Assembly: GCA_041690135.1 (NCBI GenBank)
Contig: JAWLHY010000010.1
Span: 32,001-96,000, forward strand
Reading direction: 5' to 3'
Origin: Armatimonadota bacterium
GTDB lineage: Bacteria; Armatimonadota; SYMT01
Length of the DNA stretch: 64,000 nt
Under the pieces are notes generated by a model. That model was not told the DNA's origin. It made no database searches and saw nothing but the letters and a program-made list of their open reading frames with translations. Shown here piece after piece: positions 1 through 9,062 of the stretch. The first letter of the stretch is position 1; the number at the start of each line of letters is the position of its first letter. Position numbers and translations under genes: made by a program.

Positions 1-1588
1 CAACCTCATCGATCCCCACATCGATAGGGAATGGAAGCGGCTGGGGCTTCTCCCCTCGGAGCCCTGCTCCGACGCGGAATTCATCCGTCGCGCCTACCTC
101 GACAGCCTCGGCACGCTGCCTACCCCCGCCGAAGTGGAGGCGTTTCTGGCCGAGTGTGATACGGAGCGTCAGGCTGGTAACTCGAACAGAGTGCAAGGGA
201 GCGAGGGAGCGGAGGGCAGGGGGAAAAGGAACAGTGGGAAGGTCCTTCCTTATCCTAATCCTCGTCCAAGTCCTAATCGGGCGCGAGAGCGCCTCGTCGC
301 CCGCCTTCTGGAGCGCCCGGAGTGGGTGGATTACTGGACCCTCTACTTCGGAGACATCCTGCGCAACAATCGCCAACTCGTGGGCGACAAGGGGATGTGG
401 GCGTTCCGGTCCTGGATCCAGGACTGTCTCCGAACCGGGAAGCCGTACAACGAGATGGTGCGGGAACTGATCGACGTGAGCGGCTCAGTTTACCGAAACG
501 GCGCGGCGAACTACTACAGCGTGGCGCGGAACCCCGAGGACCTCGCCAAGACGACGAGCCAGGTGTTCCTGGGCATCCGGATCGAGTGCGCCGAGTGCCA
601 CAACCACCCGTTCGAGAAGTGGACGCAAAAGGATTACTACAGCCTGGCCGCCTATTTTGCGCGGGTCAAGTACAAGGGCTTCCCAGGCAGCGGCCGCTTT
701 GGCGGAGACCAGCTCGTGCTCATCGCCGAGAGCGGCGAGATCAAGCATCCTCGCACCGGGGAGGTGATGCTGCCCAAGCCGCTCGAAGGCAAGGCGCGGG
801 AGATTCCCGGAGAGCAGCGGCTTGCCGATCTGGCCAACTGGCTCGCGGATCCGACGAACCCGTTCGTTGCGCGGAACATCGTCAACCGGATCTGGGGCCG
901 CATCATGGGACGGGGGATCATCGACCCGGTTGATGACGTTCGGGCGTCCAATCCACCCACTCATCCGGAACTGCTCGATGCCCTGACACGCGATTTCGTA
1001 TCCGGCGGCTTCAACCTGAAACAGTTGATGCGTCGGATCTTGACGTCGGGTGTCTACCAGCTTTCGTCGCAAGCCACCGCCGCGAACCAGAAGGACACGC
1101 AGTACTACTCGTATTATCGCGCGCGGCGACTGGCGGCCGAGCCGCTGCTGGACGCGATCTGCAGCGTTACAGGTATTCCGGAGAAATTCGCCGGGCTGCC
1201 GGCGGGTTACCGGGCAATCTCCCTCCCGGACTCGCGCGTACCCTCGGCCCTGCTGGAGACCTTCGGCCGCCCGGCGCGGGAAGCGCTCTGCGAGTGTGAG
1301 CGGAACGCGGAGCCGAACCTTAGCCAAACGCTGCTGCTGACGAACGGGGAATTTCTGCAGAAGCGGATCTCGGCGAAAGAAAGCATCGTCAACCGGATGC
1401 TTGCCGCCGGCCGCTCGGACGAGGAGATCCTGCGGGAGATCTATCTGCGCGCTTTCTCCCGAGCGCCACGGCCGGATGAGCTGGTGCAGGCAAAGGGCTT
1501 CATTGTAGAGGCGGGCTCCCGCAAACAGGGACTGGAAGATTTGCTCTGGACCGTGCTGAATTCACGAGAGTTTTTGCTGCAGCATTAA
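1..1588 (+). CDS. DUF1549/DUF1553 (PSCyt2/PSD1) domain protein, 5' end outside window
   Basis: Frame open from base 2 (NLIDPHIDREW...SDAEFIRRAYLDSLGTLPT); CAECHNHPFEKW motif; ARNIVNRIWGRIMGRGIIDPVDD and PPTHPELLDAL; C-terminal LEDLLWTVLNSREF. Confidence 0.9.
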   Translation, partial: NLIDPHIDREWKRLGLLPSEPCSDAEFIRRAYLDSLGTLPTPAEVEAFLAECDTERQAGNSNRVQGSEGAEGRGKRNSGKVLPYPNPRPSPNRARERLVARLLERPEWVDYWTLYFGDILRNNRQLVGDKGMWAFRSWIQDCLRTGKPYNEMVRELIDVSGSVYRNGAANYYSVARNPEDLAKTTSQVFLGIRIECAECHNHPFEKWTQKDYYSLAAYFARVKYKGFPGSGRFGGDQLVLIAESGEIKHPRTGEVMLPKPLEGKAREIPGEQRLADLANWLADPTNPFVARNIVNRIWGRIMGRGIIDPVDDVRASNPPTHPELLDALTRDFVSGGFNLKQLMRRILTSGVYQLSSQATAANQKDTQYYSYYRARRLAAEPLLDAICSVTGIPEKFAGLPAGYRAISLPDSRVPSALLETFGRPAREALCECERNAEPNLSQTLLLTNGEFLQKRISAKESIVNRMLAAGRSDEEILREIYLRAFSRAPRPDELVQAKGFIVEAGSRKQGLEDLLWTVLNSREFLLQH

Positions 1589-1606
1589 CGCTGCAAGGGG
1601 GCGAGG

Positions 1607-2905
1607 ATGTTCGACATCATCACCGGACGGAACTGGGATTGCACCGGGACGACCCGCCGGGATTTCTTGCGACTGGGTGGTCTGGCGGCGCTGGGGCTTG
1701 GCCTGCCCGATCTGCTCCGCCTACGGGAGGCCTCCGCGGCACCCGCCCCGGAGGTGAATTGCATCCTCCTCTGGTTGGTGGGGGGTCCTCCCCAGCACGA
1801 AACCTTCGATCCCAAGCCGGACGCTCCCATCGAGATCCGCGGCGATCTGGGCGTGACGAAGGCGAAAACCGGCTTCCTGGTTTCCGATGGCCTGCCGCGC
1901 CTGGCCGCGATGTCGGATCGGTATTCCGTCATTCGCTCCCTCACCCACACGGACAACAACCACGAAACTGCGCAGGTGTGGATGCAGTCCGGCTACAAGT
2001 TCAACGCGGCGACCCGTTATCCGTCATTTGGCTCCGTCGTGTCGAAGGAGAAGGGCTGGCGGAACGGCCTCCCTGCCTACGCCCTGCTGGGGGGCCAGCC
2101 CGCGGCGGAAGGCGCCGGGTACTTGGGCACCGTGTACAACCCCCTCTCCGTGACGGCGGACCCCAGCGCCAGAGACTTCAGCGTCAAAGACGTAACACTG
2201 CCGGCCGGCGTCTCCCGGACCGTTTTCGACCGCCGGCAGCGGATGCTGGCCGCCCTCGACCGTTTCCAGCGGAACACGGAGGCCCGCTCGGCGGTGGCGA
2301 AATCGATCGACCGGTTCCAGGAGCGAGCCGTCGACCTGGTGACCTCGCCCGCCGCTAAGAAAGCCTTTGCCCTGGATGAGGAGCCCGCGAACGTCCGGGA
2401 GAGCTACGGAAAGCACCGGTTCGGGCAGAGCTGTCTGCTCGCACGCCGCCTCGTGGAAGCCGGGGTGCGCTTTGTGACCGTGGGAATGGGCGGATGGGAT
2501 ACCCACCAGGACCACTCGCTACATATGAAATCGCTGCTTCCCCAGCTCGACGCCGGCTACTCCGCCCTGCTCCAGGACCTGAGCGACCGGGGTATGCTCG
2601 CCAACACGCTGGTCCTCACGTTCGGAGAATTCGGGCGCACCCCGCAGATCAACCCACGCGCCGGCCGCGACCACTGGGCCAGCGTCTTCAGCGTCTGCCT
2701 GGGCGGTGGCCCGGTCAAGCTCGGCCAGGTAGTCGGCGCCAGCGATGCCATCGGGGCTACCCCGGTCGACCGCCCGGTCACCGCTGCGGAGTTGGCCGCG
2801 ACGATTTACCACTCCCTGGGAGTGGACTACCGCAAAGAGTACCAGGTCCAGGGCCGCCCGATCCCGCTGGTATACGAAGGAGAACCGATTAGAGAACTCC
2901 TTTGA
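1607..2905 (+). CDS. DUF1501 family protein with Tat-like leader
   Basis: TRRDFLRLGG leader; GGPPQHETFDPKP; FGQSCLLARRLVEAGVRFV; GWDTH; GEFGRTPQIN..GRDHW; usual partner of DUF1549/1553. Confidence 0.92.
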   Translation: MFDIITGRNWDCTGTTRRDFLRLGGLAALGLGLPDLLRLREASAAPAPEVNCILLWLVGGPPQHETFDPKPDAPIEIRGDLGVTKAKTGFLVSDGLPRLAAMSDRYSVIRSLTHTDNNHETAQVWMQSGYKFNAATRYPSFGSVVSKEKGWRNGLPAYALLGGQPAAEGAGYLGTVYNPLSVTADPSARDFSVKDVTLPAGVSRTVFDRRQRMLAALDRFQRNTEARSAVAKSIDRFQERAVDLVTSPAAKKAFALDEEPANVRESYGKHRFGQSCLLARRLVEAGVRFVTVGMGGWDTHQDHSLHMKSLLPQLDAGYSALLQDLSDRGMLANTLVLTFGEFGRTPQINPRAGRDHWASVFSVCLGGGPVKLGQVVGASDAIGATPVDRPVTAAELAATIYHSLGVDYRKEYQVQGRPIPLVYEGEPIRELL

Positions 2906-4583
2906 CGTCGTAACAGAGCAGCGTCTCCTGATCCCGAATCAGCAGCTTCCCGCCGGCCACGACGGGATGAGGCCAGGAGGGCTTGCTGGAACGCTCGGGT
3001 TGGGAGAAGCGACCTTTCTCGACATAGCGCTGCGGGTTGGCCTCCACCAGGGCGATGGAACCGCCCTCGCCGCGGACGTAGAGATGGCCGTCGGCATAGG
3101 TGACAGAGCCCTTGCCGACGCTCCGTTCCTGCCAGGTGGCGCGGCCGGTGCGGATGTCGAGACAGGTCAGGATCGCCTCGTCACAACCGTAGAGGTGATC
3201 CCCTACGAGGACCATCCCACCGTGATGGTTTTTCATGTCGCGCGTGAAGTAGACCTCGCGCGCGGTGAAGCCGCCGCCGTTCGGCACCAATTGGGCGAGG
3301 CCGCCGCCGGTGTTGTAGCCGGAAGCCGCGAAGACGAAGCCATTCGAAAAAATCGGCGTGGAGCAGTTGGCGGTCCCGTTGGCGGGACGGTTCCAGCGCC
3401 AAAGGAAGCGACCGTCCCGGGCGGAGACGCCGATAACGCCACCTCGCATAAACTGGATGTACTGCCGCTGGCCCGCGACATCCGCGGCAATGGCCGAGGC
3501 GTACTGGGCCATATCCCCTTCCGGCACGCGTGAGCGCCAGAGGTCGCGACCGGTCTGCTTGTCGAAGGCAACGATGGTGGCGTTCGCGCCGCCGGGACAG
3601 GCAATGACCCGGTCGCCATCCACCAGCGGCGACTCGCTGTAGCCCCAGTCCGGAATGCGGCCGCCGAACTCGCGCACGAGACTGCGGTGCCACTGAATCC
3701 CGCCGCGGGCTGTGTCGAGGCAGACCAGGTCCCCGCTCACCCCCAGGACATAAACCCGGTCGCCATCCACCGTGGGGGAACAGCGCGACCCCTCACCATA
3801 GCCGACACCCCGGTTCGCACGGGCGATCTCCGCCACCCACACGCTGCGACCCGTGGCCGCGTCCAGGCACCACACCGTCTCCGTTTCGCCCCGGTAGCCC
3901 ATGCCGTAAATCCGGCCGCCAGCCACCGTCGGCGTGGAGTAGCCGCCGCCCAAGCCGGGAGCGCGCCACGCCAGCCGGGGGCCCGTTTGTGGCCAGGAGT
4001 CGAGCAGCCCCGTTTCACGGGAGAGACCGTTGCGGTCCGGCCCCCGCCACTGCGGCCATTCCCCACCGGCTCCAGAGATACGCGCTGGAGCAGCGGGCTC
4101 CGTTGCCGCGGGGGGCTCAGTCGGCTTGGGAGCTGCAGGCTTGGAGACAGGCCTGGGGGCACTGCCCAGCGCATAGCGGCCGTTCACGATCTTCTCCCAT
4201 ACCGCCACCTCGCGCGCCGGTAGGGACTTGCCGCTCCCCAGGTCCTTGCCGACGACCAGCGCGCGGAACCCGGGCTTCAACTCGCCCAGCTCCACCGTTC
4301 GTGTGCGCTCCCGGCGCAGGAAAACGGCGGTCTCGCCGATCTCGATGGTCTTTGGCCGGGGTTGAGAAAGGCTGCGGGTGCTGCCGTTCGGAAGGGTAAA
4401 GCTGGCCGCATCGAGGACGAAGCTCTTCTCCTCGATATCGACCGAACGGATCACGCCCTGCAGGTGGATCTCGCCGGGACCGGGATCCAGCTCCCCCGCC
4501 GTCATCCCGGCGCGCGCCAGCAGCAGGCCCACCAGGGCGCCGCCCGCCAGCCATTTCGTCGTTCTTTCCCGGTTGCCGAGCAT
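2889..4583 (-). CDS. Secreted PQQ-binding-like beta-propeller protein with N-terminal beta domain and Pro-rich linker
   Basis: Signal peptide; WPQWRGPDRNG; repeated CLDxxTGxxxW blades; ends WPHPVVAGGKLLIRD. Confidence 0.85.
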   Translation of the reverse strand: MLGNRERTTKWLAGGALVGLLLARAGMTAGELDPGPGEIHLQGVIRSVDIEEKSFVLDAASFTLPNGSTRSLSQPRPKTIEIGETAVFLRRERTRTVELGELKPGFRALVVGKDLGSGKSLPAREVAVWEKIVNGRYALGSAPRPVSKPAAPKPTEPPAATEPAAPARISGAGGEWPQWRGPDRNGLSRETGLLDSWPQTGPRLAWRAPGLGGGYSTPTVAGGRIYGMGYRGETETVWCLDAATGRSVWVAEIARANRGVGYGEGSRCSPTVDGDRVYVLGVSGDLVCLDTARGGIQWHRSLVREFGGRIPDWGYSESPLVDGDRVIACPGGANATIVAFDKQTGRDLWRSRVPEGDMAQYASAIAADVAGQRQYIQFMRGGVIGVSARDGRFLWRWNRPANGTANCSTPIFSNGFVFAASGYNTGGGLAQLVPNGGGFTAREVYFTRDMKNHHGGMVLVGDHLYGCDEAILTCLDIRTGRATWQERSVGKGSVTYADGHLYVRGEGGSIALVEANPQRYVEKGRFSQPERSSKPSWPHPVVAGGKLLIRDQETLLCYDVKGVL

Positions 4584-4691
4584 CGCCGCTCCCCTTCCTG
4601 ACCGACCAGATAAACGTGCTTTTCCTAAGTCCGACGAACACGAGTACGGCTTAGTTGCATAGAGTCTTGGCTAGGGTGCCTGCCTCGCCCA

Positions 4692-4797
4692 GAATGAATG
4701 GGGGAACTGATGAATGGAAGAATGGGTGCCCGCCTCAAACAAACCTGGCGTTTGCCTCTCCCATTCCCCATTTCTCCCCCACACCCCCACTCCCATG
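4692..4797. repeat. Inverted pair of purine-rich and pyrimidine-rich short-period repeat tracts
   Basis: gaatgaatgggggaactgatgaatggaagaatggg followed by ctcccattccccatttctcccccacacccccactcccat. Confidence 0.55.
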
Positions 4798-4823
4798 CCA
4801 TCTGGAGACCGTACCCGCTGGAG

Positions 4824-6116
4824 TTACCTCCGAAGGTGTCTGTCCGCGAAGTTGAGGAAGTGGGTCCAGTCCTCCCGGTTCATGGAGTGTTTGCCGGGGC
4901 GGATGAAGTAACCCAGGCGGCTGTCGACGAGCTTCCCGACCGGAGGCATCGTGCTCGCCGCGAGGCCCTCTACCCCCAGGAAACGGTAGACGGGGTCGGC
5001 CGCCTTCAACACCTCGAATTGACCTTCCGGGTTGGCCCAGGTGTCCTCGACGGCATTGCCGAAGAGTACGGGGCGCGGAGCGACGAGGGCCACCAGACTG
5101 TGCTGGTCGAATGGAAGTCGGTCCGTTTTGTCGTTGAACAGGGGGAAGGTATCGTTGAACCAGTGCGGAAAACGGTCGTTGATCTGCTTCACCGACTCGC
5201 CAATCTTGCCCCGGCTGGGGGCGGTACCGCCGCAGCCCGCCTGTAGCGGAATGGACAGCGCGATCCGCTCGTCCAACGCCGCGGCCAGCAGCGCCGTCTT
5301 GCCGTTCCTAGAGTGCCCCACCGTCGCGATGCGTTTGGGATCGACGTGCGGGTCGGTCACCAGGTAGTCAACAGCACGCGAGAAGCCCCAGGCCCACGCG
5401 GCGATGGTGCCCCAGTCGTGGGGACCGAGTTCCTTCTGGCCCGGCTTCAGGTAGTGCGGGTGGACGCCGTCGGAGAAGTCCGGCTTGTCCGGGTCCACGT
5501 CGCCGGTGTAGAAAGTCGCGAGCCCATAACCACGCTCCACGATCAGGTCCACGTTCCAGAGGTCCACCTGGGTACCGCGGGCCGCATCCGTGGCCCGGTT
5601 GTTCACCACGCCTGGACGGTTGGAGTAAATCCAGGCGTCGGATAGCCGGATCTGCGGATCGTTCAGCACCGCATGGTTTCCGGCAAAGTTGATCCCCAGG
5701 AAGGTGGGCACGCGCTTCTTACCATTGGGGGTGACCACCAGGAGGTGGATCGGCGGTGTTCCGGCGGGGCCAAACCGGAGTGTCACCTCCCGCAGAGTCG
5801 CCTTTCCACCCAGCGCGGTGCGGTCTTCCCGCTCCACCTTCGCCTCGACCCGGTCGGGGGCCGGCGGCGCGAAACCGTACATGTAGTGCTGGAACAGGCG
5901 CTTCAGTTCCGGTCGGCGTTCCTTCATCCACTGCTTCTTCGTGGTGACCCGTCGCCCGTCGAGCATCACCAGTGGGTCCGGCAGTCCGGGGTGCGCCGGC
6001 AATTCCGAAACTGGCGGGAGCAACGACTCACGCGGCGCGGTCTCGGCGCCGGTGACGGCGGAAAGGCAAAGGGCGGCGCCGGCGGCGAGGCCGAGCAGGA
6101 GCGTGGTTCGGATCAT
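4824..6116 (-). CDS. CE15 glucuronoyl esterase-like alpha/beta hydrolase, secreted
   Basis: Signal peptide; LPDPL; WGTIAAWAWGFSRAVDYL; nucleophile motif GHSRNGK; LPFDQHSLVALVAPRP; RPGKHSM. Confidence 0.88.
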   Translation of the reverse strand: MIRTTLLLGLAAGAALCLSAVTGAETAPRESLLPPVSELPAHPGLPDPLVMLDGRRVTTKKQWMKERRPELKRLFQHYMYGFAPPAPDRVEAKVEREDRTALGGKATLREVTLRFGPAGTPPIHLLVVTPNGKKRVPTFLGINFAGNHAVLNDPQIRLSDAWIYSNRPGVVNNRATDAARGTQVDLWNVDLIVERGYGLATFYTGDVDPDKPDFSDGVHPHYLKPGQKELGPHDWGTIAAWAWGFSRAVDYLVTDPHVDPKRIATVGHSRNGKTALLAAALDERIALSIPLQAGCGGTAPSRGKIGESVKQINDRFPHWFNDTFPLFNDKTDRLPFDQHSLVALVAPRPVLFGNAVEDTWANPEGQFEVLKAADPVYRFLGVEGLAASTMPPVGKLVDSRLGYFIRPGKHSMNREDWTHFLNFADRHLRR

Positions 6117-6314
6117 GGCAGGTCCCTGGCGATAAAGGTGGTGGAGTGTGGTTCACCATTAACGTTCGTCCGAGGGTGGCGGAAAGTCCTCGTCAAACAC
6201 CACGCGGCAAAGGTGTTCCACAGGCTGCTCATTATCACCATTACCCTAATATTTCAGCGAAACCACGGCGGCGAGTGAATTTCGGTCTGAACCCTCCGTC
6301 TGGGTTGGAACGTG

Positions 6315-6480
6315 GGCTCCCCCTCTCTGCATCGGAGAGGTTTACGCCCCGAGGGGGTGCCGGGTACCCGTGTGCGGGTGGCGGGGGTGAGGTCGTCGTG
6401 CGGATCGTACGTATGATGCAACTGCAGCCCCCGTCCCCTCTCCCGCGCTGCGGGAGAGGGTTACGCCCCGAGGGGTGGGA
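6315..6480. repeat. Two REP-like CCCCTCTC...GAGAGG hairpins, each followed by ttacgccccgagggg
   Basis: ccccctctctgcatcggagaggtttacgccccgagggg and cccctctcccgcgctgcgggagagggttacgccccgagggg. Confidence 0.65.
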
Positions 6481-6558
6481 AGCCGGTGCTCAAGACGAGA
6501 CGGAGCTCATCTCTGGTCGTCGTCGGGTGCACAGGTTTCCAGGTTGGAGAGGGGTGCC

Positions 6559-7764
6559 CTACTTGCCGATCGAGTCGACGGTGACCTGCATCATCTGCAG
6601 GTCGCCGTAGCTGGTGGGCTCGAAGTCGACATTGATCGAGGGGGTGTAGGGTTCCGAGAACTTGAGCGAAAGCTTCGAGTTCAGCGGTGTGGCCGCGCCT
6701 CCCGGAGTGATCAGGCGCGTGGCGAGCGCGTACTGGCCGACCGGGACATTCGTCAGGTACCAATGGATCGAGCTGGTAATGTTGCTGTCGAAGGTCCGGC
6801 GGAAGGTGACCGGCTGGCCCGCGCTGCCGTCGATCAGCGGGCCTCTCGGCGTCAGGGTGATCTCCAGGGTCGCGCCCTTCGTGAAGTACACGGGGGAGTT
6901 CAGCGTGCCCTCTTCCCGGTTCTTCACCAGCACGTAGCCGCCGTAGTACTTGGTACCTTCCGTGTGCGCGCCTTCCTCACCCGGCTTCTGGTTCGGCTTG
7001 AGGCCGGAGATCTTCCAGATGAAGTTCTTCACGATCCCCGCGGATGCGTCGTGCCCCGGAGCCGTCTTGCCGTCCGTGGGAAACAGGGTGAAGCGATAGT
7101 TCTTGCCCTGGTAAGTGGTCTCGTAGTAGGCGGCAATCCCGTAAATTCCGTCCGGCACCCGGAGCGAGTACTGCCCGTTCGCGGCCGTCTCGACCTCGAA
7201 GCGCGTCCGGTCCCCGGCGGCGGTGGTGCCGAAGATCCCGACTCCTACGCCGGCCAGCGGCTTTCCGGCCATCGTGGTGACGCGGCCCACGACATAACCC
7301 GGCTTCGCTTTCAACGCGGGAAGGACGGGCAGTTTCGCCGGTGCCGGACGAGGGGCGGGAGGTGTCGGCTTCGTGACCGGAGGCGCAGTCGGGCGCGGAA
7401 CATCTGCGACAGGGCCTGTGGGACGGGCGGAGAGGCGCGCCGTAATTACCTGCTCTTTGCCGTCGCGAAGTATCCGAAGGCGGACGGTGGTCCCCTCCGG
7501 AAGCCCTTCCATAAACCGGCCCAACGCAACTCCGCTCGTCACCGGGAGATCATTTACCGCTGTGACGATGTCCCCGACGCGAAGGCCAGCCTGTTCCGCG
7601 GGACTTCCCTGCGCCACGCGCGTGATGGGAGCGCCTTCCGCAGTACCGGCGCCGAGATAACCCGCGTCCGCACTGACAAGCCGTGCGCTGCTGACGAGCA
7701 GTCCGAGCGCCGCCACGGCGGCCATACGCTGCTTGCTTCCTGATCCAGACAACAGAACCTCCAT
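6559..7764 (-). CDS. Secreted PDZ domain plus carboxypeptidase-regulatory-like (Ig-like) domain protein; start codon uncertain
   Basis: GYLG...ITRVAQGSPAEQAGLRVGDIVTAVN (PDZ); Pro-rich linker; VVGRVTTMAGKPLAGVGV...TAANGQYSLRVPDGIY. Confidence 0.75.
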   Translation of the reverse strand: MEVLLSGSGSKQRMAAVAALGLLVSSARLVSADAGYLGAGTAEGAPITRVAQGSPAEQAGLRVGDIVTAVNDLPVTSGVALGRFMEGLPEGTTVRLRILRDGKEQVITARLSARPTGPVADVPRPTAPPVTKPTPPAPRPAPAKLPVLPALKAKPGYVVGRVTTMAGKPLAGVGVGIFGTTAAGDRTRFEVETAANGQYSLRVPDGIYGIAAYYETTYQGKNYRFTLFPTDGKTAPGHDASAGIVKNFIWKISGLKPNQKPGEEGAHTEGTKYYGGYVLVKNREEGTLNSPVYFTKGATLEITLTPRGPLIDGSAGQPVTFRRTFDSNITSSIHWYLTNVPVGQYALATRLITPGGAATPLNSKLSLKFSEPYTPSINVDFEPTSYGDLQMMQVTVDSIGK

Positions 7765-7897
7765 TTTGGTACAAACAGAGCACCGTTGTCGTCTACCGGA
7801 AGGACGGCATCGCAGGTTCCACCCCGGCCGGCAACCCACGTGTCAGTAGTCGCGGCCGGGCCGATGATAGCACATCCTGTTTCGCCAGATCCGTAGC

Positions 7898-8254
7898 TTA
7901 CGAAGGGGGTCTCCGGATGCGGATGCGCCCCGGTGAAATAACGGAGAAATTCCCCGGCATCTCCGCTGCATGAGCGGAAATGGCTACCGAAACGAGGGCA
8001 GCCTTTGTCTCGGGAGCGAGACCCGGTAGGCGCACCAACACCACGCCCAGATGCACCAGGCGCTGCCGGAAAACCAGTTCACCAAAGTCGTGGTCCTCTG
8101 TGATGAGGAGCGCACCATGTTCGTTGGCTCGCTGGAGAACCAGGTCATCCGAGATGCTTGGCTCCATCTCGGCAACGTAGAGGACGAGGTGCCCATCTGC
8201 CCGGAGCCGCCGGACGATCTGCGACTCCAGGTTCTCGTCGGCCAGCAGATTCAT
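7898..8254 (-). CDS. DUF5615 PIN-like toxin (VapC45-like)
   Basis: MNLLADENL; SDDLVLQRA; LLITEDHDFGEL; ATGA overlap with upstream antitoxin. Confidence 0.9.
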   Translation of the reverse strand: MNLLADENLESQIVRRLRADGHLVLYVAEMEPSISDDLVLQRANEHGALLITEDHDFGELVFRQRLVHLGVVLVRLPGLAPETKAALVSVAISAHAAEMPGNFSVISPGRIRIRRPPS

Positions 8255-8487
8255 GCCGCCTGGGCTTCAAGAGGATACACGACGTCGGCACGTAGAGCGC
8301 GTGCGGCGAAATCAAGCGCTGCCAGCACTCCCGCGTGGGTAAGACGTGGGTATGCTTCCAGCAACTGGTCGATGCTTTCACCCGCAGCCAGCTTTTCCAG
8401 TATGAGCTCCACAGTGATGCGAGTTCCAGTCACTACAGGTTTACCCATCATCACTTTGGGATCCGATTGAATCAATGGCGCGTCCAA
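8251..8487 (-). CDS. DUF433 family antitoxin
   Basis: IQSDPKVMMGKPVVTGTRITVELILEKLAAGESIDQLLEAYPRLT. Confidence 0.92.
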   Translation of the reverse strand: MDAPLIQSDPKVMMGKPVVTGTRITVELILEKLAAGESIDQLLEAYPRLTHAGVLAALDFAARALRADVVYPLEAQAA

Positions 8488-8682
8488 TGGGGTGCTCCTC
8501 TCCTGCGGTAGGATCTAATACCTGACGTTCGTTTCCTATCTGCCCCGCTGCAAACAAACGAGGCTGACAGCAGGTGTCTCCGGAAATCATCAGCATATGG
8601 CTGGCTCTGCGCAGATGCCGTTTCGAATTGTACTGCCAGGTTGACGACACCTGCAAGTAACCGCGGCAGTTGCCGGTGACCG

Positions 8683-8898
8683 CTACAACGGAACTGGGCG
8701 GGTTGCCCGGTGGCTTCCAGGACGGACATCCAGCTTCCGGCCGGAGACCGCCAGTTCCATCGGCACGTGGACGAACTCGCCGTGCCACTGGCTGACGATC
8801 ATGGCGGTGTTCCCGGCCATGGCGGCATGGATCAGCTCGCGGACCAGCCCCTGGACGACGTTATTCAGGCCGGAGCAAAGGCCGCCGCCCGTCGCGAA
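8683..8898 (-). pseudogene. 6-phosphofructokinase relic with a large internal deletion
   Basis: N-terminal PFK motif TGGGLCSGLNNVVQGLVREL joined in frame to C-terminal motif IHAAMAGNTAMIVSQWHGEFVHVPMELAVSGRK. Confidence 0.75.
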
Positions 8899-9062
8899 AC
8901 TCCCGCAGGAATTCGGAAGCCTCCTGCCGCGCCAAGGACGTGACCGGTGCATCATTGGTGCCCATCTGTCCGTATTCCCGCCAAGCCACTTCACTCAACT
9001 CGATGACTTGCTGCGTCTCTTTCATCTCTTCGTGCCTTCGTGGTTAACAGGCCCCTGCCGTG

